From Candidatus Cloacimonadales bacterium (GTDB taxonomy: Bacteria; Cloacimonadota; Cloacimonadia; Cloacimonadales; JAFGVF01), in contig OY759729.1 in assembly GCA_963662585.1 (NCBI GenBank), positions 2,208,001 to 2,272,000 on the forward strand: a stretch of 64,000 nt of DNA. The letters are read 5' to 3'. Below the pieces are notes generated by a model, which saw only the letters and a program-made list of their open reading frames with translations, made no database searches and had not been told where the DNA came from. Positions 62,878-64,000 of this stretch are shown piece by piece. Made by a program: the position numbers and the translations under genes. Each line of letters starts with the position of its first letter. The stretch's first letter is position 1.

Positions 62878-63885
62878 ATGAAAAAAATATACATAACAAT
62901 AATTACTTTAGTAGTTGTAATAAACCTCTTTGCAGGTAGATATGCAGGCGATTTCATGGCTATCGGTGGTGGAGTCAGAGCTATTTCTATGGGTGGTGCT
63001 TTTAGTGCTGTTGCTGATGATGCTAATGCCATTTACTGGAATACTTCAGGAATTGGACAGATAAAAGAGGGGCAGATTTTTGCCATGCATGCTTTCTTAT
63101 ATGAAGGTTTAGCAAGTTATGATAATGTTGTATTTTGTCAGCCTTTACCTAATAATGCAACTATTGGGGTTAATTGGACACGATTAACTGTAGATGAAAT
63201 TCCCTATTTTAAAGAAAAGTATCTTGCCGGAACAAATGTAGACCAGAGAGTTGCAAATCCTGCTTTGCACTTACCGGGCGAGCCAGATAGCAGATTCAAG
63301 AGTACTGATGATCTCTTTCAATTAGGTTTTAGTAAACATGTTCATCTAGAGTTTGATTTAGGCTGGAAGTTTTTCCAAATGCCCTTTGATATTTATACTG
63401 GAGGAAATCTAAAATTCATTCGAAGAAAACTGTTTGAAAATATGGGTACTGGTACAGGATTTGATTTATCTTTTCTTTTGACCACAGATATGTCCTATGT
63501 TTTTAATCAAGATTTCTTAGGAAAAATTAAGTATGGAGTGAACTTTATGGACCTAGGTAATACTGACATTAAATGGGATTCTCGTTCTGATAGAGTAGAT
63601 GAAGTTTTGATGAATACCAAAATGGGTGTTGCCCTAGAACAGCCACTTCCCTTTATTAAATCAGATTTAATCTTATCACTTGATAAAGACTATGTTTATG
63701 ATGAAAGAGTGCATTATGGGGGAGAGTTGAATTATGACCAAAGAGTTGCAGTTAGAGGTGGATATAGTGATGGAAATTATTCAACAGGTGTTGGCTTAAA
63801 CATCTATAATTTTAAAATAGATTATGCCTTTGTTACTAATGACTTAGGTAACACAAACAGAATTGGACTAAGTTTTATATTTTAG
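62878..63885 (+). CDS. PorV/PorQ-like outer-membrane beta-barrel protein
   Basis: FMAIGGGVRAISMGGAF.A.ADDANAIYWN, RGGY, IDYAF, terminal aromatic residue; directly after the C25 peptidase gene. Confidence 0.85.
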   Translation: MKKIYITIITLVVVINLFAGRYAGDFMAIGGGVRAISMGGAFSAVADDANAIYWNTSGIGQIKEGQIFAMHAFLYEGLASYDNVVFCQPLPNNATIGVNWTRLTVDEIPYFKEKYLAGTNVDQRVANPALHLPGEPDSRFKSTDDLFQLGFSKHVHLEFDLGWKFFQMPFDIYTGGNLKFIRRKLFENMGTGTGFDLSFLLTTDMSYVFNQDFLGKIKYGVNFMDLGNTDIKWDSRSDRVDEVLMNTKMGVALEQPLPFIKSDLILSLDKDYVYDERVHYGGELNYDQRVAVRGGYSDGNYSTGVGLNIYNFKIDYAFVTNDLGNTNRIGLSFIF

Positions 63886-63893
63886 GAGATATT

Positions 63894-64000
63894 ATGAAAA
63901 AAGAGATAAAAATAATAGGATTATTACTTCTACTAGCATTTCTATTGGTAGCTTGTTCTGGCGATGATGAACTTGATAAAGATACTATCCCTCCAACAAA
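63894..64000 (+). CDS. Lipoprotein, N-terminal fragment (runs off window)
   Basis: AGGAG RBS; MKKEIKIIGLLLLLAFLLVAC lipobox, then SGDDELDKDTIPPT. Confidence 0.75.
   Translation, partial: MKKEIKIIGLLLLLAFLLVACSGDDELDKDTIPPT

Overview
AT-rich chromosomal window from a diderm bacterium. FlgD/T9SS-like C-terminal domains, a PorU/PorV-like pair and the protein styles point to the FCB group, probably Cloacimonadota-like (inference). Housekeeping genes: end of the F1 ATP synthase operon (atpH partial, atpA, atpG, atpD, atpC), a pyridine nucleotide-disulfide oxidoreductase, a radical SAM gene, ispF, proS, a CinA/PncC-like gene, purD, and a C25 peptidase (PorU-like) followed by a PorV-like gene. The centre (about 9-51 kb) is an island of very large secreted modular proteins. 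Intergenic DNA is full of GC-rich REP-like palindromes of several families, often amplified into tandem arrays. There are two HUH/Y1 transposase genes and two apparently identical IS1182-family copies inserted at the same base of one REP type. The most striking candidate new system has two parts. (1) Four giant secreted proteins lack the T9SS-type CTD and all end in an FN3-like domain that stops at the F strand, while a small secreted protein (33109-33762) begins with what looks like the missing G strand, suggesting donor-strand complementation in trans. (2) The long 5' leaders of three of these giant genes display CACCAC/ACCAC motifs in hairpin loops, complementary to a GUGGUG loop at the predicted 5' end of that small gene's mRNA. 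Both mechanisms are inferences from patterns read by eye and need the tests described.
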